From an uncultured Alphaproteobacteria bacterium (GTDB taxonomy: Bacteria; Pseudomonadota; Alphaproteobacteria; Rhizobiales; Xanthobacteraceae): 64,000 nt of DNA. Below are positions 60,319-64,000 of the stretch, piece after piece. The translations under genes and the position numbers were made by a program. Positions within the stretch are counted from its first letter, which is position 1. Each line of letters opens with the position of its first letter. The stretch covers positions 7,225-71,224 of the forward strand of contig CAVUHE010000021.1 of the NCBI GenBank assembly GCA_963741185.1. The letters are read 5' to 3'. Under the pieces are notes generated by a model. It saw only the letters and a program-made list of their open reading frames with translations. It did no database searches and had not been told where the DNA came from.

Positions 60319-61428
60319 TCACGGCCTAGCGATGATCCCGCCAGTCATCGGGATCGGCACGCCGGTCGTGGCGGGGTAACTGAGCGGCAATCCCTTGAGG
60401 CCACGCGCGGCCAGGAAACCGAACGCCTGGGCCTCGATGGCATCGGCCGACCAGCCGAGCGTATCGGCAGCCTGCACGGGGGCGGGGTACAGCCGCTCGC
60501 GCAACATCCGCATCATGGTGAGATTGCGCGCCCCACCTCCCGCGACAACCCAGCTCCGTGGCCGCTTCGGCAACAGCGGAACTGCCCTGGCAATCGCCGC
60601 GACGGTAAAGGCCGTCAACGTCGCCGCACCGTCCGCCGGCGGCATGTCGCGAAGCAAAAGCTTGGCGAAATCATTACGGTCGAGCGATTTCGGCGGCGGC
60701 AGTGCAAAAAATGAATGCGTCAACGCCTGCGCTATCCACGCCTGATCGACGGTGCCCTGGGCGGCCATGCGGCCGTCGCCGTCGAAGCGCTGGCCCGTGA
60801 TGCGGTTCATGAAATCGTCGAGCAACGCGTTGCCCGGACCGGTGTCGCAAGCAATCAAGGTGTCGCCGTCGACGTAGGTTATGTTGGCCACGCCGCCGAT
60901 ATTGAGCACAACCATCGGCCCCTCGCGCTCGAGCGACTGGGCCAGCGCGCGGTGATAGACCGGCACGAGGGGTGCGCCCTGCCCGCCGGCGGCAACGTCG
61001 GCGGCACGGAAATCGTGCATGACAGGGATATGGATGGCCTTCGCGAGTGCCACGGCGTCGCCGATCTGTACCGTCATCCCCTCGGCCGGCCGGTGCAGCA
61101 CCGTCTGGCCATGGAATCCCACGATATCGATATCCTCATAGGCGATGCGGTTTTGGGCGGTGAAGCTCGCAACCGCCTCGGCGTGCGCCACCGTAACGGC
61201 GTGTTCCGCCTCGCGCAGGATGCCCGGCCGCGCATCGCGCTGCGGCAGGTGGACCGCTTCCATCAGGGCTCCAAGCAGCAGACGGCGCTCGGCTTCGCTG
61301 TAGGGCCGGTATCCCGTTGGGCCAAACGCCTTGACCCGCCTTCCATCGGTTTCGATCATGGCGACATCGACCCCGTCAAGCGAGGTGCCGCTCATCAGAC
61401 CGATCGCCGTCAACATCATTGCAATCAA
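60319..61428 (-). CDS. anmK: anhydro-N-acetylmuramic acid kinase
   Basis: IGLMSGTSLDGVD...DTGPGN..., 369 aa. Confidence 0.88.
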   Translation of the reverse strand: MIAMMLTAIGLMSGTSLDGVDVAMIETDGRRVKAFGPTGYRPYSEAERRLLLGALMEAVHLPQRDARPGILREAEHAVTVAHAEAVASFTAQNRIAYEDIDIVGFHGQTVLHRPAEGMTVQIGDAVALAKAIHIPVMHDFRAADVAAGGQGAPLVPVYHRALAQSLEREGPMVVLNIGGVANITYVDGDTLIACDTGPGNALLDDFMNRITGQRFDGDGRMAAQGTVDQAWIAQALTHSFFALPPPKSLDRNDFAKLLLRDMPPADGAATLTAFTVAAIARAVPLLPKRPRSWVVAGGGARNLTMMRMLRERLYPAPVQAADTLGWSADAIEAQAFGFLAARGLKGLPLSYPATTGVPIPMTGGIIARP

Positions 61429-61503
61429 GCCCCGGCCTTGGCCCTACCCCAGGCGTTCAGCTTGTGCCAAACGGACCCGATTTAGTACCCGGCATTAGCT
61501 ACA

Positions 61504-61527
61504 AAAACCCTAATGAAATAGGGGTTT
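61504..61527. terminator. AT-flanked hairpin, possible bidirectional terminator/insulator
   Basis: AAAAACCCTA-ATGAAA-TAGGGGTTTT has T-rich tracts on both strands. It lies between the anmK start and the accessory patch. Confidence 0.4.
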
Positions 61528-61656
61528 TCTTTAACTTTCAGGAACGCTCGGTAGCTAGAAAACAGCTTTAGCTACCGTATAGCTACCAAGCCATTCATGG
61601 ACTTGATTCGTTTTAGCTCAAGTAGGATTGGGTCAAAGGCGGGCGGTTTCGTGACG

Positions 61657-61765
61657 GGGCTGCGCCGGTAACCGAAAAGCACGGTCCCACCTCTGGGGGC
61701 TTTGAGGGTTATGGGCAGGACCGTGCCGGGTCGCGTAATCGGCGGAAAACACGACCCGATAGGCA
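61657..61765. repeat. GC-rich structured repeat, copy 1 (copy 2 at 62732..62829)
   Basis: GGGGCTGCGCCGGTAA..GCACGGTCC...GGACCGTGC..CGTAATCGGCGGAAAACACG..ATAGGCA. Two helices are preserved in copy 2 by compensatory changes. Confidence 0.55.
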
Positions 61766-62017
61766 GCGCGGCCTCACGCCGGTAGGTTCTTGGACCGGAT
61801 GGCAGCATTACCGCTCAACCCATAGATGCCTCCCTGCGATTCAGGAGTATCATCGAAGCAAAAGCTAGCAGCTTCGTGACGTGTAAGGGTTCCAGCCGAA
61901 TTTTTGAGCAACTTGCTGGAACAAAAACTGTTCACTTGTGACTTATGTTGCGGAACGGAATCCCGGTTCCCGCGTGATCTACTTGGATGGGGGCATTCGC
62001 ATTGGGAGCGCGATGCC

Positions 62018-62251
62018 ATGGCCAGTCCGACAGCACGGCTGCAAAGCTATAATCCGCCCTTGCGGGAAGCGACCAAATTTCAGTGTCCTACCTGCGATGC
62101 TCAATACAAAGTCGTGCGCATCGAAGCCCCGCCTACGCATGATCACCAAATTGTATGTGTCAGTTGCGGCGGTCCGCTACTCGTCAGGCAGGGCAAGTTC
62201 GTGTTGATATACTTCCGCACTGAGGGCGGTCGAGAAATCATAGGACGCTAG
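62018..62251 (+). CDS. small zinc-ribbon protein (77 aa)
   Basis: ATG 62018 with a GGGAG upstream. Contains FQCPTCDAQYKVV...VCVSCGG. Confidence 0.5.
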   Translation: MASPTARLQSYNPPLREATKFQCPTCDAQYKVVRIEAPPTHDHQIVCVSCGGPLLVRQGKFVLIYFRTEGGREIIGR

Positions 62252-62371
62252 GTCTTAATCCCCGCCGGCCATAGGCACGGCCCCGCCTTCTGCATGAGCG
62301 GAGAAGGATTTTGCCTTCACCAAATCCCTTTTGGAATGGACGAGTAATCGCTGGCGCGGCATGATCTAACG

Positions 62372-62548
62372 ATGGGACAGGATGAACGACCGACTTGCCC
62401 CCGGTGCGGGGCAAAGTTGAGTTTTACGTTTTCTCCAAGCGACAAAGGGCTGCGCGCATTGCCATGCCCCAATTGCGACCGCCTCGATCCGCTGAAGAGC
62501 GACAGAGCGATGGGCTGGCTCAAGAGTGAGCTACAGCCGCCGAAATAG
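62372..62548 (+). CDS. small zinc-ribbon protein (58 aa, below the ORF-track cutoff)
   Basis: Hand translation gives MGQDERPTCPRCGAKLSFTFSPSDKGLRALPCPNCDRLDPLKSDRAMGWLKSELQPPK. Confidence 0.45.
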   Translation: MGQDERPTCPRCGAKLSFTFSPSDKGLRALPCPNCDRLDPLKSDRAMGWLKSELQPPK

Positions 62549-62596
62549 AATCATTCAATAAAGCCAAACGAAGTCGCCAACTTGGCGTTGGCTCGC

Positions 62597-62680
62597 ATGG
62601 CCAAGTTTTTCCTAGCTCTTATTGCGGTTGCGGTCGCCGTATTAGTATCGGCATTAGTCTATGCGGCCTTTGTGTTGTAG
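62597..62680 (+). CDS. 27-aa hydrophobic peptide (speculative)
   Basis: MAKFFLALIAVAVAVLVSALVYAAFVL. No convincing SD. Lies immediately upstream of structured repeat copy 2. Confidence 0.3.
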   Translation: MAKFFLALIAVAVAVLVSALVYAAFVL

Positions 62681-62731
62681 GCCATCTCACTTGGCGGCCT
62701 CTTTGTTTTCAGCGGCAGTGAGTTTGCTTGA

Positions 62732-62829
62732 GGGGCCGCGCCGGTAAGCACGGCCCCGCCTCTGGAACCTGTGGGGTTATGGGCAGGGCCGTGCAGGCGT
62801 AATCGGCGGAAAACACGGCCTAATAGGCA
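62732..62829. repeat. GC-rich structured repeat, copy 2
   Basis: GGGGCCGCGCCGGTAAGCACGGCCC...GGGCCGTGC..CGTAATCGGCGGAAAACACGGCCTAATAGGCA. Confidence 0.55.
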
Positions 62830-62916
62830 ATGCGGGTTTGCCGAAATCGTTTCTGGGCAAGGGAACTTTCTTTCCAGTTCTGAGTGAATCGTTTTTCTCA
62901 TTCTGGGAGGATAATC

Positions 62917-63111
62917 ATGCGTAAGCGTTGCCCGTCCCCAATCGGTATTGGCCGCGATTTGGATGCGAAGGCAATTGAGGCTCTTGAGGATGCCGAGCGT
63001 ATGTCACCCGGTGTGGAACGAACCGAAGCACTGAAAAGGGCGGGTCAGCTTTGCAACGCGGCTGATACCTATCGGTACCTTTTCTCCAACGAACTTAAGC
63101 CGCCGAACTAA
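62917..63111 (+). CDS. small hypothetical protein (64 aa)
   Basis: Strong SD GGGAGG 6 nt before ATG 62917. MRKRCPSPIGIGRDLDAKAIEALEDAERMSPGVERTEALKRAG... Confidence 0.5.
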   Translation: MRKRCPSPIGIGRDLDAKAIEALEDAERMSPGVERTEALKRAGQLCNAADTYRYLFSNELKPPN

Positions 63112-63331
63112 CAACCCAAAAGAGACGGCCACAGGGCGGGGGAGCTATTCCAACGCCGCTAAAGCCAACATACCCGCTTGGGCGGCGTTGTGCATTGTGG
63201 CCGAAACTACGTAAAATTCCCAAGGGTCTTAGTTGGCGTCCTCTTTCATAGTCCGGGCAATCTAGCGGCCACCTTTGCCGCCATTGCTTTGCGACGGTTC
63301 GCGGCTTGGTTTGGGCTATGAGGAATTCGAA

Positions 63332-63505
63332 GTGACGCGGCAGTGGACCGAAGCGGAGACTGATCGGTTGCGGGTATTAATCCGTAAGAAGGTTAGCGCC
63401 GAAGAAATCGCGAAATCTCTCGGTCGTTATGCTAGCTCCGTGAAAAAGAAAGCCAGAGAATTGCGCTTGATCCCGCTTAAGAAGATGAAGGGAAAACGAA
63501 AATAA
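63332..63505 (+). CDS. small basic protein with a possible Myb/SANT-like helix-turn-helix
   Basis: GTG 63332 is preceded by GAGGA. WTEAETDRLRVLIRKKVSAEEIAKSLGR, then a Lys-rich tail. The start could be further upstream (63275). Confidence 0.4.
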   Translation: MTRQWTEAETDRLRVLIRKKVSAEEIAKSLGRYASSVKKKARELRLIPLKKMKGKRK

Positions 63506-63508
63506 AAA

Positions 63509-63668
63509 GAAAGAGGCCGCCAACCAGTGCGGCCTCTTCTTACTGACGCGATGCCTTGGAGTCTGAAGCCCACGCCATAGCCGGAACGGATTTTCCCCCC
63601 GCTTACCGCTCGGTGTGAATCAAACCTACCGGGAAAATTCCCCGACACATTGATGCGGATCAAACGCT
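63509..63668. repeat. about 160-bp repeat, copy B (copy A at 969..1132)
   Basis: Same order of conserved blocks as copy A, including the leading hairpin and the TTGATGCGGATCAAAC palindrome. Confidence 0.6.
63511..63538. terminator. perfect GC hairpin, bidirectional terminator candidate
   Basis: AAGAGGCCGC-CAACCAGT-GCGGCCTCTT. The minus-strand tail TCTTTTTATTTTC is stronger than the plus-strand tail CTTACTG. Confidence 0.5.
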
Positions 63669-63731
63669 CCAGTTTTTTGTGTCCTTGAGCTAAATCAAGG
63701 TCTAGCCTACTGGCGGCATCATACATCCGTG

Positions 63732-63890
63732 ATGGCCAATTTCGTTTTCAGGTGCCCGACGACCGGCTTCAACCTTCAGCATCAACTGGATGACCATCCA
63801 GTTGTCTCCGAAAACGAGTACGAGGCAATCACCTGTCTTGCCTGCACCAGGATACATTTCGTCAACCGAAAAACCGGCAAAGTATATTAG
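63732..63890 (+). CDS. small Cys-containing protein (52 aa, below the ORF-track cutoff)
   Basis: Hand translation gives MANFVFRCPTTGFNLQHQLDDHPVVSENEYEAITCLACTRIHFVNRKTGKVY. Confidence 0.4.
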   Translation: MANFVFRCPTTGFNLQHQLDDHPVVSENEYEAITCLACTRIHFVNRKTGKVY

Positions 63891-64000
63891 GTTAAGACGA
63901 CGAGTAAGAACCGCTGTCGAAATAGGCACGGTCCCGCCTATTGAGGGGGCGTCGGCGGGACCGTGCGGCCACCGATGAGGGACGATGGTCCGATCTAGTT

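Overview
High-GC alphaproteobacterial chromosome segment. By eye, the gene content and intergenic repeat families resemble Nitrobacteraceae/Bradyrhizobiaceae; this is inference, since no search was possible. Roughly 3.9-61.4 kb is ordinary core genome:
- tRNA-Pro and tRNA-Glu
- DUF192 plus a double cold-shock-domain gene pair
- a sirtuin and gloA
- efp with divergent epmA-epmB
- recJ, glpX-hom-aminotransferase, phaC, argC, parE
- a DEAD-box helicase, a GGDEF protein and anmK
- a full suf Fe-S operon (nifS-like, sufB, cupin, sufC, sufD, sufS, sufT, sufA)

Both window ends look accessory. The left end (1-3.7 kb) has a truncated IS481-family transposase, small ORFs and an orphan tRNA 3' fragment next to tRNA-Pro. 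The right end (61.4-64 kb) has TAGCTAC iteron-like motifs, several sub-80-aa Cys-rich/zinc-ribbon mini-ORFs, a 27-aa hydrophobic peptide and paired GC-rich hairpin repeats with compensatory stem changes. A ~160-bp repeat occurs in both accessory patches.

Three otherwise recognisable genes are split by single-base frameshifts: sufS, a GST and an alpha/beta hydrolase. These are either real pseudogenes or assembly errors. I found three intergenic MITE-like repeat families, and no CRISPR array, rRNA or recognisable defence system. The most novel-looking material is the right-end mini-ORF and structured-repeat patch, but its function is unknown and every claim there needs homology and covariation checks.
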